Position numbers and translations under genes: made by a program. A stretch of DNA of 64,000 nucleotides from an uncultured Bacilli bacterium (lineage in GTDB: Bacteria > Bacillota_I > Bacilli_A > RF39 > UBA660), in contig CAKPGT010000001.1 in NCBI GenBank assembly GCA_934155185.1, positions 21,684 through 85,683 of the forward strand, in the 5' to 3' direction. Shown piece after piece: positions 38,131 to 47,898 of this stretch (positions within the stretch are counted from its first letter, which is position 1; the number at the start of each line of letters is the position of its first letter). Below the pieces are notes generated by a model. The model saw only the letters and a list, made by a program, of their open reading frames with translations, ran no database searches and had not been told where the DNA came from.

Positions 38131-38382
38131 ATGATTCAGAAAGTAAAAGACTTAATTGAAGAGCCTTTAAATAATGCAAATATTAAATTATGTGATGTTT
38201 TATATCTTAAGGAAAATGGTATGTATTTTTTAAGGGTAATAATTGATAAGGAACCATTTGTTGATGTTGATACTTGCGTTACTGCAACTGAAATTATCAA
38301 TCCATTAATAGACGAAATTGAAGATGAATTTGATGATGCATACGTTTTAGATGTATGCTCCATGGAAAAAGGAGAGAAATAA
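38131..38382 (+). CDS. rimP: Ribosome maturation factor RimP, N-terminal domain only
   Basis: Position upstream of nusA and RimP-like N-domain sequence (...YFLRVIIDKE..VDVDTCVTATEIINPLID...YVLDV). It stops 1 nt before the nusA ATG. The start is uncertain (38122/38125/38131). Confidence 0.6.
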   Translation: MIQKVKDLIEEPLNNANIKLCDVLYLKENGMYFLRVIIDKEPFVDVDTCVTATEIINPLIDEIEDEFDDAYVLDVCSMEKGEK

Positions 38383-38383
38383 A

Positions 38384-39475
38384 ATGAATAGTAAAGAATT
38401 TATTACAGCGTTAAAAGCAATTTGTAAAGAAAAGCAAGTAAGCGAAGATATTATATTTGATGCTATGAAATCAGCGTTAGAAAAAGCTTATGCAAAAGAA
38501 ACAGGACTACCTAATATAAGAATTGATATTAATAAAGATACTGGTGAAATTAGAGGATACTCGTATCAAAAGGTAGTTGAAAACTATTCTGAAAGTGATT
38601 CTGAAGATGATGAAGATGTAGTTGAAATTCTTCTTGAAGATGCTAAGAAAAAAGTACCTGACATAAAACCAGGTGAAACTATTGAAGAAGAAGTTGCCTT
38701 AAAGGATTTTGGAAGAGTTGCTACAATGTCTGCTAAACAGATATTAGTTCAGAAGGTAAGAGAAGCTGAAAGACAAAGTATTATGGCAGAATTTGAGGAT
38801 AAAGAAGGAGAATTACTTGTTGGTACATTATCTCGTGAAGATGCTCAAAATTACTATGTTGACTTAGGTAGAATGCACGGAATATTACCTAAAAGTGAAT
38901 TAATAAAAGGTGAAGAGCTAACTATGGGTTCATCTGTTAAAGTATATGTAACTAAGATTGATGATACTGGGAAAAGTCCTCTTATACTTCTTTCAAGAAC
39001 ACATTATGGTTTTGTAAAAAGACTACTTGAAAGTGAAATACCAGAGTTAAATGATGGAACTGTTATATTATATAGTGTTGCTCGTGATGCAGGTTCAAGA
39101 AGTAAGATAGCAGTTTACTCAGAAGATCCAAACGTTGATGCAGTTGGAGCTTGCATTGGTGAAAAAGGAACTAGAATTAACAGAATAACCGAAGAGTTAG
39201 GTGGAGAAAAAATAGATGTTGTAAAATATGATAAAGATCCTATAACATTTATTAAAAACGCGCTTTCTCCTGCACGAGATGTTAAAGTATACATATTAGA
39301 TGAAAAGAAAAAAGTAGCACTTGCTGTAGCTGAAGGAGACAACTTATCACTAGCAATTGGTAAGAAAGGACAAAACGTAAGATTAGCAGCTAGACTAACT
39401 CATTATCGTATAGATGTTAAGACAAGTGAGCAAGTTAAAGAAGAAAAGATTGATTTAACAAATGCCTTATCGTAA
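38384..39475 (+). CDS. nusA: Transcription termination/antitermination factor NusA
   Basis: S1 plus two KH domains (GACIGEKGTRINRI, AIGKKGQNVRLAARL). ATG at 38384 after GGAGAG. The track start at 38351 would overlap rimP. Confidence 0.9.
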   Translation: MNSKEFITALKAICKEKQVSEDIIFDAMKSALEKAYAKETGLPNIRIDINKDTGEIRGYSYQKVVENYSESDSEDDEDVVEILLEDAKKKVPDIKPGETIEEEVALKDFGRVATMSAKQILVQKVREAERQSIMAEFEDKEGELLVGTLSREDAQNYYVDLGRMHGILPKSELIKGEELTMGSSVKVYVTKIDDTGKSPLILLSRTHYGFVKRLLESEIPELNDGTVILYSVARDAGSRSKIAVYSEDPNVDAVGACIGEKGTRINRITEELGGEKIDVVKYDKDPITFIKNALSPARDVKVYILDEKKKVALAVAEGDNLSLAIGKKGQNVRLAARLTHYRIDVKTSEQVKEEKIDLTNALS

Positions 39476-39492
39476 GAAAGGAAGGATAAATA

Positions 39493-39759
39493 ATGAAACA
39501 AAAAAAGGTGCCAATGAGAACTTGTGTTGTTACCAGAGAAAAATGTGCTAAAAAAGATTTGATAAGGGTAGTAAGAGATAATCTTGGCAATGTTTTTGTT
39601 GATGAAACAGGAAAACTAAACGGAAGAGGAGCTTACCTAAAAAAAGATTTAGAAGTAGTAGATAAAGCAAGAAAGACAAAAGCTTTAGAAAGATATCTTG
39701 AAGTTTTAATTCCAGAAGAGGTTTATGAAGAATTAGAAAAAGTAATAAGTAAAAAATAA
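39493..39759 (+). CDS. ylxR: YlxR/RnpM family RNA-binding protein (DUF448)
   Basis: PMRTCVVTREKCAKKDLIRVV...GRGAYL motif. Conserved position between nusA and infB. Confidence 0.85.
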   Translation: MKQKKVPMRTCVVTREKCAKKDLIRVVRDNLGNVFVDETGKLNGRGAYLKKDLEVVDKARKTKALERYLEVLIPEEVYEELEKVISKK

Positions 39760-39788
39760 TATAATATAGTAAGAAAGAGGTGGATATT

Positions 39789-41921
39789 ATGATGAGTGTT
39801 TTAGAATATGCAGAAGATATGAATAAAGAAGTAGAAGAAATATTAAGTATGTGTAAATCACTTGGAATAAAAGTTTCAAATGAAGATGATATGCTTAATG
39901 ATGATGCTATTGTTGAGCTTGATAATGCTTTTGCTAATATGGACTCAAAAGATGATAGCGAAGAAGATGCATTAGATGAGGAAATTATTAAAAAGATGGA
40001 TGAGGATGACTACTATGATGAAGTAGTTGACACTTTGATTGATAAAAAGGATACTATCTATAATAGTGAACCACAAGTTGCTAAGAAAAAGAAAAGCAAA
40101 CAAAAAAATATACAAGATGCTAAAAAGGCTATGTATAAAAATAAAGAAAAATTGGTTTCTAATGAAAATAGTGATGAAAACGTAGTTCTTTATAAAGAAG
40201 GTATGACTATTAAAGAATTTTCTACTTCAATAAATAAACCAGTTGCTGAAGTAATTAAAAAGCTTATGGAGCTTGGTATAATGGCTAATATGAATGCCTC
40301 TTTAAGTTTTGATGATGCATCTGTTTTAGCACTAGAATATAATAAAACTCTTAAAAAAGAAGAAACAAGTGATATTTCAAATTTTGAAATGTTTGAAGTA
40401 AATGATGATGAAAAGGATTTAAAAGAACGTCCACCGGTAGTTACTATAATGGGACACGTAGATCATGGAAAGACTTCACTTTTAGATGCAATTAGAAAAA
40501 GTAGTATTGTATCTGGTGAACATGGTGGGATAACGCAACATATAGGTGCATACCAAGTTAAATATAATGATAAAAAAATTACGTTTATAGATACTCCAGG
40601 TCATGCTGCCTTTACAGAAATGAGAGCTAGAGGAGCTTCAATTACAGATATAGTTATTATTATAGTAGCAGCAGATGATGGTGTAATGCCTCAGACTATA
40701 GAAGCAATTGACCATGCTAAAGCTGCTAATGTTCCTATTATAGTTGCTGTAAATAAAATGGATAAGCCAGGTGCTGATCCTGAAAGAGTAATGAGAGAAA
40801 TGAGTGAAAGAGGTATTACTCCAGATACTTGGGGTGGAGATACATTATTTGTTAATATTTCTGCTAAAACTCATGAGGGAATACCAAACTTACTTGAAAA
40901 CATTCTTCTAATAGCAGAAATGCAAGAATTAAAGGCTAATCCAAAACGTTATGCAATGGGAACAGTAATAGAATCTAAACTAGATAAAAATGTTGGGACT
41001 GTTGTTACTTTACTAGTTCAAAATGGTACATTAAGATTAGGTGACCCAGTAGTAATTGGAGAACATTTTGGAAAAATTAGAACTATAAAAAATGATTTAG
41101 GAGAAGAAGTAGTTGAAGTATCACCTTCTACGCCTGTTGAAGTAACTGGTATTAATGGTGTTCCAACAGCTGGTGATAAATTCATGGCATTTGAGTCAGA
41201 AAAACAGGCTCATATGATAGCAGAACAAAGAAGTGAATCCCTTAAACTAAAAGCAAATAAAGCTTCTAATGCACTTAGTCTTGATGATTTATTTGGAAAA
41301 ATATCAGAAGGATTAAAAGAAATTAACATAGTATTAAAAGCAGATGTTAAAGGTAGTGAGGAAGCTGTTAAAAATACATTATCTAAAATTGATGTAGAAG
41401 GATGCAAGTTAAATGTAATCCGTAGTGGAGTAGGTGCTATTACTGAAAGCGATATAGTTTTAGCAAATGCATCTAATGCTATAATAATTGGTTTTAATAT
41501 AAGACCAACTGGTAAAATACTTGATGTAGCAAAAGAATATGGTGTTGATGTAAGACTTCATAATATTATATATAAAGTAGTTGAAGAGATGGAAGCTGCA
41601 ATGAAAGGTATGCTAGATCCTGAGTATGAAGAAAAAGTAACTGGAAGTGCAGAAATAAGAAAGATATATAAATTCTCTAAAACTGGTAATATAGCAGGAA
41701 GTTATGTTTTAGATGGTGTTATAAAATCTAATTCTAATGCTAGAGTAATTCGTGATAGTATTGTTATATATGATGGTAAGATTAATAGTCTTCAAAGAGA
41801 AAAAAACGTAGTTAAAGAAGTTAAAGCAGGATTTGAATGTGGTATAACTCTTGAAAACTACCAAGATATAAAAGAAAAAGATATAATTGAAGCCTATGAA
41901 TTGGTTGAAATAAAGAGGTAA
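39789..41921 (+). CDS. infB: Translation initiation factor IF-2
   Basis: GTPase motifs GHVDHGKTSLLD, DTPGH and NKMD. The ATG at 39789 has better RBS spacing than the GTG at 39780. Confidence 0.9.
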   Translation: MMSVLEYAEDMNKEVEEILSMCKSLGIKVSNEDDMLNDDAIVELDNAFANMDSKDDSEEDALDEEIIKKMDEDDYYDEVVDTLIDKKDTIYNSEPQVAKKKKSKQKNIQDAKKAMYKNKEKLVSNENSDENVVLYKEGMTIKEFSTSINKPVAEVIKKLMELGIMANMNASLSFDDASVLALEYNKTLKKEETSDISNFEMFEVNDDEKDLKERPPVVTIMGHVDHGKTSLLDAIRKSSIVSGEHGGITQHIGAYQVKYNDKKITFIDTPGHAAFTEMRARGASITDIVIIIVAADDGVMPQTIEAIDHAKAANVPIIVAVNKMDKPGADPERVMREMSERGITPDTWGGDTLFVNISAKTHEGIPNLLENILLIAEMQELKANPKRYAMGTVIESKLDKNVGTVVTLLVQNGTLRLGDPVVIGEHFGKIRTIKNDLGEEVVEVSPSTPVEVTGINGVPTAGDKFMAFESEKQAHMIAEQRSESLKLKANKASNALSLDDLFGKISEGLKEINIVLKADVKGSEEAVKNTLSKIDVEGCKLNVIRSGVGAITESDIVLANASNAIIIGFNIRPTGKILDVAKEYGVDVRLHNIIYKVVEEMEAAMKGMLDPEYEEKVTGSAEIRKIYKFSKTGNIAGSYVLDGVIKSNSNARVIRDSIVIYDGKINSLQREKNVVKEVKAGFECGITLENYQDIKEKDIIEAYELVEIKR

Positions 41922-41923
41922 AT

Positions 41924-42265
41924 ATGAGCGTTAAAACACAAAGAATAGCTAGCCTACTAATGGAAGAGATAAGTGATATATTAGCAAATGAAGTATATGA
42001 TAAAGATATCAGGTTTGTAACTATAACACATATTAAATTAGATACAGATTTATCTTTAGCACAAATCTACTGTACTGTTTTAGATGAAAAAACTAAAGAT
42101 AAATGCATACATGATTTAAATGCTGCTAAAGGATTTATTAAAACTGAATTATCAAAAAGAAAGCTAGAAATAAGAAAGATTCCAGATTTAAGATTTATAT
42201 ATGACGATTCAATTGCTTATGGAAATAAAATTGAAAAGATATTTGACGAATTAAATAAAAATTAA
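41924..42265 (+). CDS. rbfA: Ribosome-binding factor A
   Basis: 113 aa directly after infB with a typical RbfA sequence (R..R+A..+..E+S.I). Confidence 0.85.
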   Translation: MSVKTQRIASLLMEEISDILANEVYDKDIRFVTITHIKLDTDLSLAQIYCTVLDEKTKDKCIHDLNAAKGFIKTELSKRKLEIRKIPDLRFIYDDSIAYGNKIEKIFDELNKN

Positions 42266-42292
42266 AAGGTATTTAAATAGTACCTTTTTTTT
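42265..42292 (+). terminator. Intrinsic terminator ending the nusA-infB-rbfA operon
   Basis: AAAGGTA TTTAAATAG TACCTTTTTTTT. Confidence 0.7.
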
Positions 42293-42318
42293 GCTATAAT
42301 TTTTTTAGAGGAAGTGAT

Positions 42319-42789
42319 TTGGTGAAGAAAAATATAACTATAGTTGCTTTAATATCATTTGTGGTAGACCAAATAATAAAACTTGTATGTACGTCTTATT
42401 TAAATAATAGTTTAGTAATTATTCCAGGATTTTTATCATTAATATATGCTGAAAATAGTGGTGTTGCTTTTAGCTTATTAAGTGGTAATAGAATAATTGT
42501 TATATTAATATCTATTATACTAACTTTTCTTCTCATTTATTATATTTATAATGACTATATAAAAATAGGGAAAAATAGTATGTATAAAGAAATATTATAT
42601 GGATTATTATTGGGCGGAATTTTAGGTAATTTATTAGATAGAATTATAAGGGGAGTAGTTATTGACTATGTTTCTTTAAATATATTTGGATATGGATTTC
42701 CAATATTTAACTTAGCTGATACTTTTATAACAGTAAGTGTTATTTTAATTTTGATAAATTATATATTTGAAAACAAAAATGAACATTAA
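42319..42789 (+). CDS. lspA: Lipoprotein signal peptidase II
   Basis: NSGVAFSL, GNLLDR and FNLAD motifs. Coordinates are taken from the ORF track. Confidence 0.85.
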   Translation: MVKKNITIVALISFVVDQIIKLVCTSYLNNSLVIIPGFLSLIYAENSGVAFSLLSGNRIIVILISIILTFLLIYYIYNDYIKIGKNSMYKEILYGLLLGGILGNLLDRIIRGVVIDYVSLNIFGYGFPIFNLADTFITVSVILILINYIFENKNEH

Positions 42790-42891
42790 TTGTAAAGAGT
42801 AAGTATTGAATTTTGATATTGAATATTGCTTGATTATGCGGTTTTTTTATGCTAGTATATTAGGTAACAAAAACGAGGGAGGGTTTTATAA

Positions 42892-43578
42892 ATGAACTTA
42901 AATTTAATACAACTAGATGAAAATCGTGGTATCTCTATTGATGAGGAATCAAATTACAAAGTAGTAGAAAAAGAAAATGAAAAGTATAGTCTTTCATATA
43001 TTTTAAATATGGAAAATGCATTAGAAGACTTAAAAAATAAATTAAATGATTCTAAAGAAAAATTTGATACTAATAATAAAAATGATGAATATGCTAAGAA
43101 ATTAAATATCTTTCTTGTTGCAGACTTGGTTTTTGGTGCATGTATGAATTTTGTAACTTTAAACGGTTTGCCGTTTCAAACTCAATTACTTACTCTCGCA
43201 GTTGCTGATGGATTAACTTATAGTCTTTGCAAACTAATATGTATATCTAAATTTCAGACGAAAGCAAAAAGGGCAGAAAAAGCTAAAAATTTAGAGTCTA
43301 TTATAGATGAGTTAGAAAATGAGGTTGTTGAATTAGAAGAAGAGCTTAAAATGGCAAAAGAAAAAATTATGTATAATGAAAAATCTATTGACGATTTTTA
43401 TATTAATACTTTTAAACAAAATTCTAATTGTATGAATAATTGTGTGAATAAGCAATATAGTGTGAAAGATAGTTTATATGTAGATGATTATTTATATGAA
43501 TTACCGGTATATAATTTATATATGGACAATGAAGAATTATCTAAGGATGAATGTGCCACTTTTAAAAAAACTAAGTAG
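42892..43578 (+). CDS. Hypothetical coiled-coil/membrane protein
   Basis: 228-aa ORF with a central hydrophobic pair and a coiled-coil segment (IIDELENEVVELEEELKMAKEK). Confidence 0.4.
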   Translation: MNLNLIQLDENRGISIDEESNYKVVEKENEKYSLSYILNMENALEDLKNKLNDSKEKFDTNNKNDEYAKKLNIFLVADLVFGACMNFVTLNGLPFQTQLLTLAVADGLTYSLCKLICISKFQTKAKRAEKAKNLESIIDELENEVVELEEELKMAKEKIMYNEKSIDDFYINTFKQNSNCMNNCVNKQYSVKDSLYVDDYLYELPVYNLYMDNEELSKDECATFKKTK

Positions 43579-43704
43579 GATAACTAAAGTAAGCATTTGT
43601 TAAAATGTTTGCTTTTTATTTTGAAAATTAAAAATGATACCTAGGTTGAGGTAAACTTTAGTCTGTGATATAATAAAGTCTAGTTTAATTTATTGGAGGG
43701 TGCT

Positions 43705-44604
43705 ATGAATTATAAAATAGAAGATGAAAAGGAAGCTATAAGAATAGATAAATATTTAAAAGATAAATTAGATATTAGTAGAAGTAAGCTTCAAGAAATG
43801 ATTAAAAAAGATTTGATATTAGTAAATAATAAGCCTACTAAAAATAGTTATATATTAAGACTTAATGATGAAATAAAAGTTATAGATATGTTAAAACATG
43901 ATACTACGGTCTCTCCAGAAGAAATGGATATTGACATAATATATGAAGATGATGATCTTATGGTAATAAATAAGCCTTCTGGCATGGTAGTTCATCCTTC
44001 TTTTGGACATTATTCTAACACCTTAGTTAACGGACTTTTAGCATATACCAATAAACTAAGTACTAATAATGGTGATATAAGGCCTGGTATTGTTCACCGT
44101 ATAGATAAAGATACATCAGGATTACTTATGGTAGCTAAAAACGATAAAGCTCATGAGGCATTAGCAAGTCAGCTTAAAGATAAGACACTTTCTAGAACAT
44201 ATATTGCACTTGTTAAAGGTAGAATAAATCATGATACTGGTGAAATAGATGCTCCAATAGGAAGAGATAAATATGACCGTAAAAAAATGAGTGTAACAGA
44301 TGAAAATGCAAAAGAAGCAATTACTTATTTTAAAGTATTAGAACGTTATAAAAATGCTACATTAATTGAATGCAAATTAAAAACAGGAAGAACTCACCAA
44401 ATAAGAGTGCATTTAAATTATATAAAACACCCAATTATTAATGATCCAGTTTATGGAGATAAAAGAGCAGCAACTAGTTTTGGACAAATGCTTCATGCAT
44501 CCAAACTTACATTTATTCATCCGACTACTAAGAAAAAAATGACATTTACTGCTCCAGCACCAAAAGAATTTTATGATATTTTAAATAAATACAAGGAAGA
44601 ATAG
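43705..44604 (+). CDS. rluD: 23S rRNA pseudouridine synthase, RluD subfamily
   Basis: S4 domain plus HRIDKDTSGLLMVAK and GRTHQIRVH motifs. ATG at 43705 after GGAGGG. Confidence 0.85.
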   Translation: MNYKIEDEKEAIRIDKYLKDKLDISRSKLQEMIKKDLILVNNKPTKNSYILRLNDEIKVIDMLKHDTTVSPEEMDIDIIYEDDDLMVINKPSGMVVHPSFGHYSNTLVNGLLAYTNKLSTNNGDIRPGIVHRIDKDTSGLLMVAKNDKAHEALASQLKDKTLSRTYIALVKGRINHDTGEIDAPIGRDKYDRKKMSVTDENAKEAITYFKVLERYKNATLIECKLKTGRTHQIRVHLNYIKHPIINDPVYGDKRAATSFGQMLHASKLTFIHPTTKKKMTFTAPAPKEFYDILNKYKEE

Positions 44605-44615
44605 GAGGGAATAAT

Positions 44616-45749
44616 TTGACTTCAAATGAAAAAAGAGACTTACTTGTAATGAAATTTCTTCATTATTTCATTACTGAAAAAAACTATAATCCGGTTATAG
44701 TTCATGGAATAGAAAATGAAATATGGCTTGAAAATATGGATAACGATATTAGAATAATTAGAATAGTAACAGGCTATATCCATAACAAAGAACAATTAGA
44801 TTTTGATAACTTTAAGTTAAATAGATTAACAAGACAGATTAAACTTAAAACATTTACTCTTAAAATGAAAACACTTAGTTTATATCTTGATTTAAATGAT
44901 AATGTAGAGTTAAACAACACAAAAAATGATTTTGAGATAAGAGTTAAAAGTGAAAAATCTATTAACAATAATGAGATAATTAAAAACTATTTTCCAGATA
45001 TGCCTGATAAACTTGTATTTAATGAAAAAGGCGTTGTGCTATATCAGAAAATAAATAGTGACATAATGTCTAAAAATATAAATGAAAATGAAAAAATAAA
45101 TAATTTATTTAAGCCTAAAAAACCAATTGTAACATATATATTAATTGGAATCATGGCAATTATGATGGTACTTACATTTATACTCGATACTAATTCTAAA
45201 AACCTAGTTACACTATATAATTTGGGAGCATTAATTAAAAATGGTACACCAATAAGACTAATAACAAGTATATTTTTACATGCAGGTATTATTCATTTCA
45301 CTATGAATGTATGGGCACTAAAGTTACTTGGCTCTCAAGCGGAAAACTTTTACGGTCATATAAAAACACTTATTATATTTATTTATAGTGGTATTGTAGG
45401 AAATTTACTTTCCTTATTATTTATGGGAGAAAACACTATATCTGTTGGTGCATCAGGAGCTATTTTTGGACTTATGGGTGCAATATTATACTTTGCTTTA
45501 AATCAAAGAACATATATGGGGGAAGCATTAAAAAGAGAAATTCTTCCAGTAATTATTATAAACTTATTTTTAGGCTTTATGATATCAGGAATAAATATGG
45601 AAGCACATTTAGGTGGTTTAATAGGAGGAATACTTATTTCAATAGCTCTTGGTATTAAATATAAAACATCTAAATTTGAAAAGATTAATGGTTTTATAGC
45701 AAGTACTATATTAGTTTTATTCCTAGTATTTTTAGTTTATTTTAAATAA
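44616..45749 (+). CDS. Rhomboid family intramembrane serine protease with N-terminal cytoplasmic domain
   Basis: HAGIIHFTMN, GASGAIFGLMGA (GxSG) and AHLGG motifs. Confidence 0.8.
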   Translation: MTSNEKRDLLVMKFLHYFITEKNYNPVIVHGIENEIWLENMDNDIRIIRIVTGYIHNKEQLDFDNFKLNRLTRQIKLKTFTLKMKTLSLYLDLNDNVELNNTKNDFEIRVKSEKSINNNEIIKNYFPDMPDKLVFNEKGVVLYQKINSDIMSKNINENEKINNLFKPKKPIVTYILIGIMAIMMVLTFILDTNSKNLVTLYNLGALIKNGTPIRLITSIFLHAGIIHFTMNVWALKLLGSQAENFYGHIKTLIIFIYSGIVGNLLSLLFMGENTISVGASGAIFGLMGAILYFALNQRTYMGEALKREILPVIIINLFLGFMISGINMEAHLGGLIGGILISIALGIKYKTSKFEKINGFIASTILVLFLVFLVYFK

Positions 45750-45761
45750 AGGTGTGATCAC

Positions 45762-46988
45762 ATGTTTACTCTAGAAATTATTAGTATAAGTTTTATTTTA
45801 GTTGGTATTTTATTATTTTTTGTAACTATTATTTTATCTAGAAAAAATAATAATGTTCCAAAAGAAAAAAATAAAGCAGATAATTTATGTATTCTTATTC
45901 CTGCTAGATATGAATCAAAAGTAATAAAAGGACTTTTAGATAGCATAAAAAATCAAAGCGTTAAAATAAATATGAATGATGTTTATGTTATAGTTGAATC
46001 AGAACTAGATGAAACTGTTAATATATGTAAAGAATATAAAGCAAGTGTATTTGTAAGAGAAAAGTTAAATCTTCAAAGAAAAGGCTATGCTTTAGACGAA
46101 GCGGTAAAGTACATATTAAGTAAAAATAAAAGTTATGATGCATACTTTATTTTTGATGCGGATAACGTATTAGATAAAGATTTTATTAAAAATATGATAC
46201 CCATTATAGAAAAAGGCTATGACATGGCATCTGGTTATAGAAACTGTAAAAATGGAAATAAAAGCGTTGTAGCATCTTCATCAGCACTTACTTTTTCACT
46301 TGTTAATACGGTTTTTAATGAAAGGAAAAATAGAAAGACAAAAAATATAACGTTTTCTGGTACAGGTTTTTATATAAGGGGAAGCTTAATTGAAAAATGG
46401 AAGGGTTACCCGTTTCATAGCTTAACAGAAGATTATGAACTAAGTTCATACGCCGTACTTCATAATTTAACTACATACTATAATATAAAGTCAGTATTTT
46501 ATGATGAACAGCCAGTTAGGTTTAAGGATACAATAAACCAAAGAATAAGATGGATAAGAGGATACTTCGATGTAAGAAAAGAGTATGGAAATAAGATTCT
46601 TAAAAGTATAAGTAAAGATAATTCTAATAATGCATCTAAGATAGATGAATCAGTTGGAATAATACCTTATATATTTATGATAGTAGGACTTGTAATTTGG
46701 TATATATCACTTTTTATTTTTACAATATATAATTTAGTTATTAAAAATAATATATGGAGACGTTATTTAATACATTTACTTATATTTTCTTCATTAATAT
46801 ATATAGCATTATTTACTATGACATTAGTGATAATCATACTAGAAGGAAATAAGATTAATTTAAGTGTTAAAACTAAAATTAAAACACTATTTTATAATCC
46901 GCTATTTATGACAAGCTATATTCCGTGTGCAGTTAAAGCATTAACTAAAAAAGAAGTAAAGTGGACTAGAGTAGAGCACGGAAATTGA
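45762..46988 (+). CDS. Membrane glycosyltransferase family 2
   Basis: ILIPARYES...LLDSIKNQ, FDADN (DxD) and QRIRW (QxxRW-like), plus C-terminal TM segments. Confidence 0.75.
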   Translation: MFTLEIISISFILVGILLFFVTIILSRKNNNVPKEKNKADNLCILIPARYESKVIKGLLDSIKNQSVKINMNDVYVIVESELDETVNICKEYKASVFVREKLNLQRKGYALDEAVKYILSKNKSYDAYFIFDADNVLDKDFIKNMIPIIEKGYDMASGYRNCKNGNKSVVASSSALTFSLVNTVFNERKNRKTKNITFSGTGFYIRGSLIEKWKGYPFHSLTEDYELSSYAVLHNLTTYYNIKSVFYDEQPVRFKDTINQRIRWIRGYFDVRKEYGNKILKSISKDNSNNASKIDESVGIIPYIFMIVGLVIWYISLFIFTIYNLVIKNNIWRRYLIHLLIFSSLIYIALFTMTLVIIILEGNKINLSVKTKIKTLFYNPLFMTSYIPCAVKALTKKEVKWTRVEHGN

Positions 46989-47040
46989 CAATATAAGTAT
47001 ATTATGCTAGCATATAAAAACAAGAAAGAGAGTTTTAAAA

Positions 47041-47781
47041 ATGAAAAAATTAAATAACTTAGTTTTAAGAGTTAAAAATTCAAAATTATCAAATGAGAAT
47101 AAAAAGAGAGTTTTAGCAGGAATTATGGCAGGAGTTATGCTTCTTTCTTCCTCAGGATGCAGTATGGAAGATAATATAGACTTTTCTAACATAACGATAA
47201 AAGAATGTATTGAATTAGTAAGGAACCTTACTAACTTAGATGAGTTTTTAGAAAATACTAATTTTTATGATATAAATGAAGAATATATTAAGGCTAGAAA
47301 GGCTGAGGATATAAAGAAGATTTCAGAAACATTACCTAAACTATATGATTTAGTTCTTGAGGGAACAATAGTTGATACTTTAATAGAAAATGGCAAATTA
47401 GATAATATTAATCAAGTAAAAAACATTGAAATAGTAACGTATGAAGATGATAAAACATATTGCAATATTAAATATGTTGATAGAAAAGAAAGTAAAACAA
47501 TTGGAAAAATTACTCTTGGAGCAGATGTATGTAAGAATTTAAAAATAGAGATAAATAAAAACATATGTAATATGCGTAATGATATAAATAACAAAGATAA
47601 TTTAAGTTTGGTTAAAGCTGATTATGGTTATAGAAGATGCATGGAATGTGTTAGTGGAAAAGGAAATTTTACTGGAACAAAACTTGGAGAATTTTATTTA
47701 AAACAAGATAGTAAAAAGGTAGAAACAATAAATAATAGAGCTTTAGAAAATAACGGAAAGAGAAAAATATTTAAAAAATAA
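47041..47781 (+). CDS. Putative lipoprotein
   Basis: Signal peptide with lipobox LLSSSGC. Confidence 0.55.
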   Translation: MKKLNNLVLRVKNSKLSNENKKRVLAGIMAGVMLLSSSGCSMEDNIDFSNITIKECIELVRNLTNLDEFLENTNFYDINEEYIKARKAEDIKKISETLPKLYDLVLEGTIVDTLIENGKLDNINQVKNIEIVTYEDDKTYCNIKYVDRKESKTIGKITLGADVCKNLKIEINKNICNMRNDINNKDNLSLVKADYGYRRCMECVSGKGNFTGTKLGEFYLKQDSKKVETINNRALENNGKRKIFKK

Positions 47782-47830
47782 TTATCAAGCAATTGGTAAT
47801 TTTTTTGTATTTATTTTTTTTAGAAAAATA

Positions 47831-47859
47831 TTGACGTCAAAAAGTAGAAATGCTATCAT
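47831..47859 (+). promoter_or_regulatory. Sigma-A-type promoter of paralogue 1
   Basis: TTGACG - 17 nt - TGcTATCAT (extended -10). A homologous promoter lies at 60504-60533. Confidence 0.5.
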
Positions 47860-47898
47860 TTAAACATAAGAGTAAGAAAATAGACGGAGATAGTAAGT

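Noticed and set aside
42318-42361. Hand translation of the lspA 5' end seemed to show a 1-nt offset (an extra G near 42360) relative to the supplied ORF, which would suggest a frameshift.
   Set aside because: The ORF track is computed from the same sequence, and it reads through with a canonical LspA N-terminus. I attribute the offset to my manual counting, not to a real frameshift.
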